In this document: positions 13,382-25,777 of the stretch, piece after piece | How the letters are laid out: the number at the start of each line of letters is the position of its first letter | How positions within the stretch are numbered: position 1 is the first letter of the stretch | Source: Flaccisagitta enflata | Taxonomy: Eukaryota | Reading direction: 5' to 3' | Assembly (NCBI GenBank): GCA_965153355.1 | Contig: OZ231126.1 | Coordinates: forward strand, 34,534,001-34,598,000 | Length of the DNA stretch: 64,000 nt | Made by a program: the position numbers and the translations under genes | The notes under the pieces: model-generated | What the model was told of the DNA's origin: nothing | The model's database searches: none | The model's input: only the letters and a program-made list of their open reading frames with translations

Positions 13382-14318
13382 CTGGACAATGAAAATAAGT
13401 CACTTGAGGTCACAATATCGTTGCAGACGGGTGGGCAGGGAGATCTAACCAGCGATGTATGGCAGCTTGGAGCCTAGGGACTTCAAAGCAAATTCCAAGC
13501 ACGTCAGCATATCTGAGCACAACAGCTTTTTTACTAATTTGCTATGATTTCTACGCTTTCTAAGCCAATACTAGACAAAATGTAACAAATAAACGAGTGA
13601 TTTTCATCTAGATAAATATTTCTTTATCAAATAGATCTATTTTCAACTGATTCAAAAAAGTATCAAGAAGAACTGTATAGAGTAGGTGGGGGCAAAGCAT
13701 ACTAATCATCAATCAAGCCCTTGTCTCATTTCATTTTGCAAACTTGTTTATTATTTCCCCCAAAGGATTTGATTTAACAAAGCTTTCTGTTGATAGTCTG
13801 TCAATCTGTCGATCTGTCGATCTGTCGGTCTGTCAATCTGTCAGTCTGTCGATCTGTCGGTCTGTCGGTCTCTGTCTCTCTCTCTGTCTGTCTCTCTCTC
13901 TCTCTCTTTCTTCTTTTTTCCCCTTCTTTCAAAATTTGTTCACAACACATTTTCAAGCCCGACAAACTTTCAAGCCCAACAACAGGGACGTCACGTGATG
14001 TCCCTGAAGTCCCTTGCCATACGTCGCTGGATCCAACCCCCAGCCTCCCTCCAACCACTGCACCGTATGTATATTTTACATCATGAATACGCGTTTTTCA
14101 CTTTTTCAACTCGCGCGTGACGGACCAGCGGATGGACGGACGGACAACGCAGCGACGCAGGGTCACAATATCGCACGCACACACACACACGCACATATAC
14201 ATTCACAACTGCATCAATGCGCGTCTTCGAACTTTTCAACTCTTACGCGGACAAAACCTCTGTATAGAGTTGCGTGTCCGCGGCTAAAAACCTTATGAAC
14301 CATGGGTCCATGCCATGG

Positions 14319-15291
14319 TCGGGTGTGTCAATATGCAAAAGGTTTTTTGATAAGACCATCAACATCAAACAGCATAAGATATTAAATTTTAAAACCTTTA
14401 GCGTTTTTATTTCATCAAATTTTATTCATCTTTTATTTTTTTCCAAACCCCTTTTTAGACGCTAACTTGTATATTGCTGTGTTGATGATTTTCTATCAGT
14501 ATCATTGTTACTGAACTTAATCAGATTCAACACATGAATTTTTGATGCTAATTCAAGTTGTTTATTTATCACCAAAGTAGTATAAAGAGACAATAACTAA
14601 TCAGATTCAACACATGAATTTTTGATGCTAATTCAAGTTGTTTATTTATCACCAAAGTAGTATAAAGAGACAATAACTAATCTTTTCTGTAGAAGTTATG
14701 AGTCTTATTTTCACCAAAACTCAAATGCTAGAAATATATATATTCAGATGCTGGAAATATATATATTCTTGACAATCTTTTCTTGCGCTAAAAAAACGGA
14801 AGATGATAGAAATTTAAAAAAATAAAAACGCTAAGTTTTAAAATATTTTTAGTCGCGTGCACGCGACTCTACACCCCGCTTTGTCGGTCCGTCCGTCGGT
14901 CCATCCGTCCGTCCGTCCGTCGGTCCGTCCGTCCGTCACACTTTACTTTTTTTATAATAAAGCATCAACTCTTAGGTCATTTTAAGTCTTTTTTAGTCAT
15001 TAATAGTTATTCTAAGTCATTTTGAGTCATTCTAAGTCATTTTAAGTTATTCAAAGTCATTTTAAGTTATTTCAAGTCATTTTTGGTCGTTAGGTTTTTT
15101 AGACATTTTAAGTCCTTTTTGGACATTTTAAGTCATTCTAAGTCGTTCTAAGTCATTCTAAGTCATTTTAAGTCATTCTAAGTCCTTACCCTGTAAATCT
15201 CGCACGCGACTTATAGGTGTTGGCCTTGTTGTTTACACTCCCTGATGTTGATGATCTAATCAAACATACTTTTGCATATTGACACACCCGA
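14319..15291. mobile_element. Second copy of the TCGGGTGTGTC MITE, with nested HINE (14846-15230) and an 80-bp tandem duplication
   Basis: TSD ATGCCATGG at 14310-14318 and 15292-15300; same TIRs; in CA intron 5. Confidence 0.85.
14846..15230 (+). mobile_element. HINE with (AAGTCATTYT)n core
   Basis: TTTTTAGTCGCGTGCACGCGACT, (GTCC)n, 10-bp repeats, GCACGCGACTTATAGGTGTTGGCCTTGTT. Confidence 0.85.
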
Positions 15292-15525
15292 ATGCCATGG
15301 GTAAATGCGGTCCTCTAGCCTTGCCACAAATCACGCTGTCAGTAGCATGCACACAGCATATTTGCCATCGCACACTATGCCAGGCTCACCTTAGCTATGG
15401 ACTTTTCCTTAGCACTTTTCATATTCCATTTTCGTTAATTTAAGCTCATACTTTGAAAATAAATTTGGACTGGATCAGGAAAAGGTGAGTAAACTGCCAA
15501 TGAAAAGCCAACGAAATGAGGTCAC

Positions 15526-15640
15526 CTGGCAACAAGGTCGAAGGGTCAACAGCTTGAAGATCCACTTCGCAACCCTTGCAAAAACAACTGCGAGGCAAAA
15601 GCTCGAGAAGCTCTTTCATTCCTTGATGCTCATGACCGAC
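15526..15640 (-). CDS. Alpha-carbonic anhydrase exon 5 (115 nt)
   Basis: tcttgttcag| ... |gtgacc; VGHEHQGMKELLELLPRSCFCKGCEVDLQAVDPSTLLP(D); DPxxLLP motif; phases fit both neighbours. Confidence 0.9.
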
Positions 15641-16900
15641 CTGAACAAGACAAAAATTGGACGAGGGAAAAATGCAATTTTTTTTTCTGAGAAAGAAATA
15701 ATTCGAAATCGGAGATCCGAGTTTATCACTGCTACACAGCCTTGGAGTTAAGAAAATCCCCAACGAACGGACTAAAAACTGATCCCTCCATACAATAAAG
15801 ACGACTCCCACCAAAGGGAAAAAGTCGTAAAGGTTTGGGTTTATTATTTTTTTTCTTGTATCTTTTTAGTCGCGGACACGCGACTCTACACCTTGCCATG
15901 TTGGTTGGTCGGTCCGTCCGTCCGTCCGTCAGTCACATTTCTGAATTGCGAGCGGTTTTCGCATTACCGCTCCTGCCCAACTGGCTGCGACTGGATTGCC
16001 GTGTATCCGGCCTTGTTTATCTTGGTACCCCTCTTTGTTGGTTTCTCAGTTTGCTTGTAACTGTGTTTATTTCTTTGTGTCTGTCTCTTTCTCATCACCC
16101 TCATCACTATCATTTTAGGTGCGACAAAAAACCTCTAAAACTGGCTGTGTCCGTCGGTCGGTTGGTTGGTCGGTATGTGGGGTAACGCATTTGTTCGACG
16201 ATCCACACGTCGCACCTTATTGGCCTACTTGTCCTTGTTCTTTTTTACATGATCAAAAAGGCACATTTAATAGAAATTGAATGCAAAAAACAAAAAGTCA
16301 ATATGTAAAATATAGTAATTTCAATTTCAAACAGTTTATTTCCCCAAAAAAGTGACAATGGATACAAAATGTGATTAAGTTAAGAAGGGGAGGACCGTGC
16401 TTAGGCCCCTTACGTCTACTACAATTTGAATTGATCTTAGCGCCATTTGAGAGGACATGGTCAGACTTTCTATACCTGTAGACTTCTTGCATTATCTCAT
16501 TTAACCTAAAAAATATATCAACTATCTCAAACAACTTAATAAAAAAGAAAATGGGATTACTTTGCAGGTCTTAAAAGCCGAAGGATCTTCAATTCTCTAG
16601 ACTTCTTCCCGAATTACAAACACTCCGCAATAGCGGATACGAGTAATAAAAATCCAAAAATTTCTTTGCTCTTATAAATATCTTCATATTTTCAAATTTA
16701 AGTAACTTTTGGCAGTAACAAAAATCCACCTATGTCACAATGCACACGAAGATGAAATTTGGTTTTCACTCCTTTTGAACTATTTCAAACAATTATTTTT
16801 ATTGATATCAAAACTTGTATTTTGTTATATACATTTCCTATTACTATAAATGTTTTCTAAAAAGTTTGAACAACAGAAATTACTGCTTTATTCATTATTT

Positions 16901-17070
16901 AACAAGGCCGGATACACGGCCAATACCAGTTGCGAACGGGTGGGCAGGGGCGGTAATGCGCGTTTTCACACTTTCCAACTCGATCACCATGACGGACTGT
17001 CCAACGGACCGACGGACCGACCGACGGACGGACAAAGCCTCTTATAGAGTTGCGTGTCCGCAACTAAAAA
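16901..17070 (-). mobile_element. Helentron/DINE-1-like HINE, GTTGCG subfamily (representative)
   Basis: AACAAGGCCGGATACACGGC (end hairpin), subTIR AGTTGCG, (GACG/GACC)n microsatellite, AGTTGCGTGTCCGCAACT hairpin, AAAAA; no TSD. Other copies at about 2120-2533, 5180-5420, 5947-6122, 10668, 14010-14290, 39796-39957, 42106-42285. Confidence 0.8.
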
Positions 17071-17857
17071 CAAGTTATGCAATAAAATATGAATACAAAA
17101 AAGAACAAAATTATAAACAACTATGGAGTAAAATTACATCACTCCTCTTTGATGTGAAATTTTGCATTTTCAAAACCATGGCCTGGATCTAAAAAGTGTC
17201 AAAAAAAAGGTTATGTTTTTTAAAATGCAAATTTCTAATTCCTTATGCAAAGATATAATTTAACCCAAGGCAAATCAGATTGCAAAAAAAAAATTTCTTG
17301 AAAAAAACTTTTGTATTTCCAACATCTGTCCTTATATTTCATAAATCATAATTGATAAGAACTATAAAATGAACTTCAATGCAAAACCTTTATAATTATA
17401 AGCTAATGATTTTTTCTAATTGAAGTAAAAATGCATATTAATAAAATCAACAATAATGGGAAAAAAATTCGTTGACTTCATCTTCATCTTTGTATGCACT
17501 GTGAGCTATAACAAATACTTTTTATTTTGTCCCTTAACATTCATTACTGCGAGAATATTTAAAACATTTTTTTTCTTCAAAAAAAGGAAAACTGCATGAA
17601 ACAAATCATAAGTATTAATCTCTACTGCGAGGTTCAACAGCATAAGAATCATCAAACGGAGAAAAGCTAACCAAGCACGGGCAGGAGCAGTGATGTGAAA
17701 AACGCTCGTAAACACCAAAAAATCTAAGCTTTAGATAGTCCGACCAAACAATCGACAGGTTATGGAGTGCACGCCACTATTTATACTCTTAATGGACACT
17801 CTTCTTAACTTAAGGCCTAATTCATTATATTTACTTATTCTATGTCAAAAATCATAC

Positions 17858-17950
17858 CTCAATGAAAGCCCCGAGAACGCAAAGCCCATCAGGCTTGTCA
17901 ACGGCATTACCAATGTTCCCATAGAAGGTGTTATAGTGCACAAGATGGAC
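17858..17950 (-). CDS. Alpha-carbonic anhydrase exon 4 (93 nt)
   Basis: ttgttttcag| ... |gtatga; [31 protein letters not shown]; third Zn ligand (H119) and DGLxVL motif. Confidence 0.96.
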
Positions 17951-18505
17951 CTGAAAACAAGAGCCACAGAGTAAGCTTTGTTTGATCGACTGGATGAATG
18001 CAGCGTGTTTAACCTTATCTTATTGTTGGAATTTATACTGACCCACTGTTAGAGTGGTATTCTTATTTTGATAAAGTACGATGAGAACAAAGACGACTTA
18101 CTGGAGGATAGATTTTTTTTTTCATTTGACAATTTGTAGCAAGGGAAAGTGAAACTTTTGATTTGATTCATGAAAAATTTAAGATCTACATTTGTTAAAA
18201 GATGCCTCTCTCAAATTTCAATTTGTGACTGTATTTCATCAGAAAATTTTATATGAATTCAAAAAAAGTTAGTTCAATTGGATCATTTTTCAAAGTTATT
18301 GGAGTTATAAGCTTTGCTCAAATATAAATCAACATTGTCATTTAAAAAAAAAGCTTGAAAATTACAGTCCTGGACTGGGGACTAGTTTTTTGAAGCATTC
18401 TTGTCGCCTAAAACAACTTGAGAAAATACACAATTGTAAAAAATTGAAAAATATTGAAAAAAGTATTTTTTGATATTAGATGTTCACTAAAATGAATGAT
18501 ACCAG

Positions 18506-18507
<2 letters not shown>

Positions 18508-18590
<83 letters not shown>

Positions 18591-18598
18591 TAATAATA
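18508..18598. repeat. (AAT)n microsatellite
   Basis: Direct reading. Confidence 0.97.
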
Positions 18599-20169
18599 TT
18601 AACAAAAAATTTAAAAAATTTAAAAAAATTCGCAAACTTTTACTACCATTTGCCTATGAAAATCGCCTAAATCCTAGTAACATATTACTACATAAATAAA
18701 CTAATATCTAATAAACAATAAACCAGACTTCAGATTTAATTCGAATTTTGCAGGAGTTGTTGAATAAGTACATTTTTCTTGTACCCCAAATTCATACTTT
18801 TACTACCCTCTACCTATATAAGCCACATAAGTCTCAATTAGATATTACTACAAAAATAAAAGGCAAAGGGTAGAAAAGTTCTGAAAATTAGTACACAAGC
18901 GCAAATTGACCCAAAAATTCATAAACTTTTTAAAAAAATATATGAGTGGTACACTAGGGCATCCAACAACCGCTTGGTTTAAACTAGGAGTACTTGAACT
19001 TTTATTGTGGTTTCTGTTGGTCAAGCCCATGTGGGATCCATGGCAATTGATTGCAAAATTTTTCCAGGATGAAATTTTTTTGAATTTCAATTTTTTTGTG
19101 GGTGGGTGGTACAGGCCATTTTCATCCTTTACCATCAGAATAAGGTAACTTCTAAAGCATTTATCTCCTAAACGAATCAACGAATTGACCTCAACTTGGG
19201 CTCATTTTAAAGAGGAGACACAGCTCTTTAAAATGAGCCCAAATTGAGCTTAATTGCTCAATCCGTTTAAGAGCTACTGTCCTTCAAAGTTGATAATATC
19301 TTAAGCCTTTACCATCAGAACAAGGTAACTTCTAAAGCATTTATCTCCTAAACGAATTGACAAATTGACCTCAACTTGGGCTCATTTTAAAGAGGAGACA
19401 CTGTTCTTTAAAATGAGCCCAAATTCAGCTTAATCGCTCAATTTGTTTAGGAGCTACAGTCCTCCAAAGTTGATAGTATTTTAAGCCTTTACCATCAGAA
19501 CAAGGTAACTTCAAAAGCATTTATCTCCTAAATGAATCGACAAATTGACCTCAACTTGGGCTCATTCTAAAGAGGAGACACAGCTCTTTAAAATGAGCCC
19601 AAATTGAGCCTTATTGCTCAATTCGTTCCTCCAAAGTTGATGTTATTTTCAGCCTTTACCATCAGAACAAGGTAACTTCTAATTTAACTCCTAAACAAAT
19701 TGACAAATTTGGGCTCATTTTAAAGAGGAGACACAGCTTTTTAAATGAGCCCAAATTGAGCTTAATTGCTCAATTCGTTTACCTCCTAAACAAATCGACG
19801 ACTTTGGACTCATTTTAAAGAGGAGACACAGCTTTTTAAATGAGCCCAAATTGAGCTTAATTGCTCAATTCGTTTAAGAGCAACAGTTCTCCAAAGTTGA
19901 TGTTATTTTTTTTTACTGGGGTGTGTATAATTGAGCGGCATTAGATTTTATCAATCCCCCCTCCCCCTTTGATTTTCTTCCCCGCGACCAGCAATATGTG
20001 GCAGCTTGAGGCCTTGGGACTTTGCAGCCAATTCCAAGCACAACATCAAATCTAAGAACGACTGCAGAGATGCAAATTCATGGTAGCAAATAGCAATGCT
20101 ACGCGGCAGACAAGGCCCAAATTGCGGCAGATGCGGCAAGAGAGGATAGGGAAGGTAATTAAAGGGGTA

Positions 20170-20652
20170 AAGAAAATAGTCGCAAAAGCGTTAGATGGTC
20201 AGAGGTACCCATTGCCCCCATGTGAGTGTACGTTGGTTTGAGGTGGTGAGAGGGGCAGCGGCCCCAAAAATGCCAATGACCTATGCTGTTTTTATCACTT
20301 TGAGAGAGCATACATAGAATTTGGGTGTCAAGCCAGGGATTTGAACCCCCAAGATAGAATTCAGGCCGCAAAGCTGGGATTTGTGCCTCAAAGATGGGAT
20401 TAAGGCTTCAGACATTAGTATTTAGGCCTCAGGGCTTGATTTTGGGCCTCTAGGCTAGAATTTGGGCCCCAAGGTTAGAATTTGGATCTCTGGGGTGGAA
20501 TATGGGCCTCACAGCTAGAATTTGGGCCTCAGGACCAGAATTTTGGCATTGAAGCTGGGGGGGGGACCGGGCGGAGGAGGAGAAGAAGAAGGAGAAATTT
20601 CTGCATATGTGAAAGCATAGGTCATCGGCCCCTTCGGGGCCGCTGCCCAAAA
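20170..20652 (-). mobile_element. HINE-like family with GGGCAGCGGCCCC inverted repeat and 21-bp core repeats (representative)
   Basis: GGGCAGCGGCCCC..ATGACCTATGC pairs with GCATAGGTCATCGGCCCCTTCGGGGCCGCTGCCC-AAAA; relatives at about 7516-7900, 21243-21968, 22295-22815, 25578-29256, 27855-28070, 62805-63840. Confidence 0.65.
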
Positions 20653-21242
20653 GTATGACATGAAGGGAACGATTATCTTGTGGAAACAAGAGAAAGAAAG
20701 AAAGTAAGAGGAACAATGTCAGAAAGACAGACAGACAGACAGAAAGACAGACAGACAGAGAGACAGAAAGAAAGAACATACTAAATTAAGAGACAGAATG
20801 ATAGAATCAATAGTGAGTAAAAACTGCAGCAGCTCTTGAGAGACCAATTCTGCAATGATACAGCTTGCAGAATCTGCATCTCTGAACAACTGCAAATCTA
20901 AGCATGACAGCTTTTTAACTGATTTGCTTTGATTTCTATGCTTTCTTTGCCAATACTAAACAAAAGTGGCAAAAGCGGGTAATCTTAGGGTATTCAATCC
21001 AGTGCACTTGTTTTTTCCCGCAAAGGCAAATATTCAATTCAAGCGCACTCAAGTTAAAACATACAAAACCAAGTCCACACCTTGCCCTAAATCTATCTAT
21101 AACCCAACCCTATCCCTAACCCTAAAACCCACCCCATCCCTAACCCTACCCCTAACCCTAAAACACTACCCGCGTAAAAACACTTTAAAACAAAAGACAC
21201 GGATTGAAATCCCTAACGTGACCCAAAAGCGTGGTAAGTCTT

Positions 21243-21810
21243 AGGGATTTTGGCCTCAGAGCTAGGATTTGGGCCTCAAAGCTGGTATTTGGGCCTAAAG
21301 GCTTGGGCGCAGATTGAATTTAGCCTCAAGGCTGGAATTTTGGCCTCACGGCTGAATTTATAGCCTCAAGGCTGGGTTTTAGGCTTCAAGGCTGGGATTT
21401 TGGCCTTAAGGCTAGGATTTAGGTCTCAAGGATAGAATTTGGGCCTCAAGGCTGGGATCTGGGCCTCAATGTTTGGATTTGGACCTCAAGGCTGGTATTT
21501 GGGTCTCAAGGCTGGGATTTGGCCTCAAGGTTGGGATTTGGCCTCCAGGCTGGGATTTGGCCTCAAGGCTGGAATTTGGACCTCAAGGCCGGGATTTGGG
21601 CCTTGAGGTTAGATTTTGGGCCTTAAGGCTGGGTTTTGGGCCTCAAAGCTTGGTTTTGGGTCTCAAGGCTGGGATTTGAGCCTCAAGGCTGTAATTTGGG
21701 CCTTGAGGCTTGGTTTTTGGCCTCAAGGCTAGGATTTGGGTCTCAAGGCTAGGATTTGGGCCTCAAGGCTAGGATTTGGGCCTCAAGGCTGGGATTTGGG
21801 CCTCAAGGGG
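21243..21810. repeat. Degenerate ~21-bp tandem repeat GGCCTCAAGGCTGGGATTTG(G)
   Basis: Direct reading; core of the HINE-like family. Confidence 0.9.
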
Positions 21811-23998
21811 GTACAGACAGATGGACGTAGGAGAAATTCCTGCATATGTGAAAGCATAGGTCATTGGCCCCTTTGGGCCTGGAGGGGATACGGACAGATG
21901 GACGTAGGAGAAATTTCTGCATATGTGAAAGCATAGGTCATTGGCCCCTTTGGGGCCACTTCCCAAAAAGTAACAAATAAAAAAGTGATTCTCATCTACA
22001 ATAAAATCTGAGTTTTGGCATAACAAAATGGTCAGTTGTTACCAACATTTACTAAAAATTTGAAAGCTTTTGAGCTAGTAGTTTTGGATCTACAAAGGTT
22101 TACTATTTGCCATTTCGATTTAAAGACGGTGTATTCTGTAGTAAAGACTGAAAAAAACAACATTGGAGGACTGTTGTTCCTAAACGAATTGAGCAATTAA
22201 GCTCAATTTTGGCTCATTTTGACAAGAATGGATACACGGCTACACCAGCTGCGTGCTGGTGGGCTGGAGCAATGCTAGTAACTAATCATCTAAGGATCGC
22301 ACATGGTCAGTGGAACCCAATGCCCTGTTGGGATTGATCCAATGAAGAAGTGAAGTGAGAGCAAGGCAGCGGCCCCGAAGGGCCAATTTCTTGTAGAACA
22401 CGGGTCAATTACCTGACATCCTGAGGGGACAAATTTCAGGCCTTAGATGACTGATTTAGGCCTTTTGAAGGCATATTTGAAAGCTTGAGGGCAGAGCTAA
22501 GGCTTTGAGCGAGATTTGAGGTTTGGAAGGAAAATCTGAGGCACGGAGGGCTGATTTGATGCTTGGAGGTGAGATTCAGTCTGGAGGGCATATTTGACGT
22601 CTGGAGGGCATATTTGACGTCTGGAGGGCATATTTGAGGTATGGGAAGGCTAATTTGAAGCCTTGATGGTCAATGGGAGGGACAGATGGACGGACAGACA
22701 GATGGATGGATGGATGAAAAGACAGATGGACGGATGGACAGACAGACAGAAGGACATCTGGACATTGCCCCCTGTGTTCTGCAGGACATCGATCCTTTGG
22801 GGCTACTGCCCAAAAAGGGGACCAACTAAGCAACCAGCCAACCAACCGACTGACCAACTGATTGACAGTCTGACATAGCGGGGGGTAAAGTTTCATAGCA
22901 CGCGACTAAAAAGCTTTGTCTCCTCTTATTTTAGAGCCCAAGTTCGATGTTAATTCGTTTAGGAGATAAATGCTTTGGAAGATACCTTATTCTGATGGTA
23001 AAGGCTGAAAATAACATCAACTTTGGAGGACTGTTGCTCTTAAACGAATTGAGCAATTAGGCTCAATTTAGGCTCATTTTAAAGAGCTGTGTCTCATCTT
23101 TAAAATGAGCCCAAGTTGAGGTCAATTTGTCGATTCATTTAGGAGAAAAATGCTTTTGAAGTTACCTTGTTCTGATGGTAAGGGCTTAAAATACTATCAA
23201 CTTTGGAGGACTGTAGCTCCTAAACGAATTGAGCGATTAAGCTGAATTTGGGCTCATTTTAAAGAACAGTGTCTCCTCTTTAAAATGAGCCCAAGTTGAG
23301 GTCAATTTGTCAATTCGTTTAGGAGATAAATGCTTTTGAAGTTACCTTGTTCTGATGGTAAAGGCTTAAAATACTATCAACTTTGGAGGACTGTAGCTCC
23401 TAAACGAATTGAGCGATTAAGCTGAATTTGGGCTCATTTTAAAGAACAGTGTCTCCTCTTTAAAATGAGCCCAAGTTGAGGTCAATTCGTCGATTCTTTT
23501 AGAAGATAAATGCTTTAGAAGTTACCTTGTTCTGATGGTAAAGGATGAAAATGGCCTGTACCACCCACCCACAAAAAAATTGAAATTTAAAAAAATTTCA
23601 TCCTGGAAAAATTTTGCAATCAATTGCCATGGATCCCACATGGGCTTGACCAACAGAAACCACAATAAAAGTTCAAGTACTCCTAGTTTAAAGCAAGCGG
23701 TTGTTGGATGCCCTAGTGGGTAATGTTGTAAATAAAATATGATATAAAACAAAATGATATAAATATGATATAAAATATGATATAAAATATGATATAAAAT
23801 AAAATATGATATAAAATAAATTGTAAATAAAATATGAGTGGTAATGTTGTCCAACTTTCATATCAAAGGTTTTAAACCCACACCGGAACAAACAAACTAG
23901 GTATCACTGCTGACTTATAGACCCCAACAAAACAGATTGATTTAAAATACTTAAAATCTATCCTCCAGTCTAGGAAGTCTTTGCTCCCATGTCCCATG

Positions 23999-24371
23999 TA
24001 CTGTAGCACTGTAACACTTACTGTAGCACTGTAACACTTACTGTAGCACTGTAACACTTACTGTAGCACTGTAACACTTACTGTAGCACTGTAACACTTA
24101 CTGTAGCACTGTAACACTTACTGTAGCACTGTAACACTTACTGTAGCACTGTAACACTTACTGTAGCACTGTAACACTTACTGTAGCACTGTAACACTTA
24201 CTGTAGCACTGTAACACTTACTGTAGCTGTAACACTTACTGTAGCTGTAATACTTACTGTAGCTATAATACTTACAGTAGCTATAATACTTACAGTAGCT
24301 ATAATACTTATTGTAGCTGTAATACTTACTGTAGCTGTAATACTTACTGTAGCTGTAATACTTGATGTAGC
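23999..24371. repeat. 20-bp minisatellite (ACTGTAGCACTGTAACACTT) degrading into an 18-bp variant
   Basis: About 11 perfect 20-mers, then 18-mers lacking 2 nt. Confidence 0.95.
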
Positions 24372-24462
24372 AGATAAAAGAATTTTAACACAAAGCGATC
24401 ACTTTAGTCAAATTGATCCTATTATTCACTAATTGAGACTAATTGGGACTCCATGAACGAAC

Positions 24463-24581
24463 CTCGGCAGGAAAACATCGTCCCTCCAAGGTATGCTCAG
24501 AACCACAGTTGTTATCGCAACCCCAGTGAAAGTGGAATTGAGCCAACTTGAATTCTCCGACAATCGGTCCACCGGTTAAAC
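24463..24581 (-). CDS. Alpha-carbonic anhydrase exon 3 (119 nt)
   Basis: ttgatag| ... |gttcgt; LTGGPIVGEFKLAQFHFHWGCDNNCGSEHTLEGRCFPAE; QFHFHWG (Zn ligands H94/H96) and GSEHT. Confidence 0.97.
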
Positions 24582-24918
24582 CTATCAAGTATTCAGCCAT
24601 AATAAAATGTGACAGACCATTTAAAATCCACCGCGAATCCATCCGCAATGCAATGCCTTTAGTAAATCTTGCGGCTGACCATATGAATGTCATAATACAA
24701 GTGGGGACACAATTGATAAAAGAAATGATGACGCCTTTGGTACCCATTCCACTTACAGCCTTAGTTGAACGTGCTAGAGACTAAAAATTTGGTATATAAG
24801 GCCTAAGAATGAACAGATTTACCACCACCCAGGCGATTTTTGATCGTCCCGAACCAAGATCTGGAGTGGGCTGGAGCAACTCCTGTGCTAACAAATTGAA
24901 CAAAATCCAAGTCAGCAG

Positions 24919-24978
24919 GAGCAGAGCAGAGCAGAGCAGAGCAGAGCAGAGCAGAGCAGAGCAGAGCAGAGCAGAGCA
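24919..24978. repeat. (GCAGA)n microsatellite
   Basis: Direct reading. Confidence 0.95.
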
Positions 24979-25355
24979 ACAGATAAAAAATTGACGCAGA
25001 ATCTTCAATCCCATAGACCTCGCATGCCAAATTTCATGTCTCTCGCGTGTTTGGTTTGGGCTCAGGCAACGATGCGTCCGGTCTATGTCACTGCGTGTAT
25101 TGACTTTGACACTAAACTTGAATAGGCAGACTGATGACAGTAACAAAAGAGGCTCTTTAAAACATTCTAACCAATGTTTGACCTATGCTATTACGTGACA
25201 TCCATGCGGCTGAAAAGTGCCGAAAACTATGATTTTCAAGGAGGCATTACAGACATACGAACGGACCAACGGACGGATAGACTCTCTTATAGAGATGAGA
25301 GGACGCACATCTTAAATAATGTCCCCACCTGTAGTCAATGCTGGCAAAAACTAAC

Positions 25356-25553
25356 TTGATCTCTCGCCATCCACTTGAACCGTGATAGTTTGTCCATTGT
25401 TGACGACTTTCCGAGAGTCATCAGCCTCGTATCTCCATGTAAGTTTGGCGCCATTTAGACCGCGATCCAACACCGAACCAGCGATGGTCAAATCGATGGG
25501 AGACTGTTGAAACCCACGTGCAGCCGGGAAAGACTTGTACCACTGACAAGGTC
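25356..25553 (-). CDS. Alpha-carbonic anhydrase exon 2 (198 nt)
   Basis: ttaccag| ... |gttagt; GPCQWYKSFPAARGFQQSPIDLTIAGSVLDRGLNGAKLTWRYEADDSRKVVNNGQTITVQVDGERS(S); QSPID and NNGx motifs; phases join exons 1 and 3. Confidence 0.95.
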
Positions 25554-25777
25554 CTGGTAATTGAAGATGAAAAGAATGTTTTGGGCAGAAGCACCGATGC
25601 CGAAGGAGAAAAAGTCCTGTAGAACACAGGGGGACTTTTGTTCGTCCATCTGTTCGTTAATTCCCCTCCCTCCATCTAGCCTCTCAGGCCTCTCAGGCCT
25701 GATATTTGCCCTCTCAGGCTTTAAATCAGCTCTCTCAGGGCTTAAATTTACACTCCTAAGCCGGCGATCTGCCCTAT

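Larger units (their letters stand above)
18952..23718. mobile_element. 4.8-kb foldback element with CACTAGGG termini, 4-bp TSD and 180-bp tandem repeats in the arms (CMC/Chapaev-like), in CA intron 3
   Basis: GGTA|CACTAGGGCATCCAACAACCGC...GCGGTTGTTGGATGCCCTAGTG|GGTA; about 175-bp outer arm, then 4-5 units of about 180 bp on each side in opposite orientation. Confidence 0.88.
18351..23940 (-). mobile_element. Copy of the large HINE-like family split by the 4.8-kb foldback
   Basis: AAGCTTGAAAATTACAGTCC left end; core repeat ATCGCCTAAATCCTAGTAACATATTACTAC..CCAGACTTCAGATTTAATTCGAATTTTGCAGG; resumes after 23718; right end degenerate. Confidence 0.6.

Noticed and set aside
18848-23854. Near-identical ORFs on opposite strands (also 10977/12021 and 29271/29956)
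   Set aside because: Mirror images from foldback arms, not gene duplicates
24439-24747. 102-aa ORF as a stand-alone gene
   Set aside because: Only 24463-24581 is CA exon 3; the rest is intron read-through (likewise 15446-15814 and 8046-8333)
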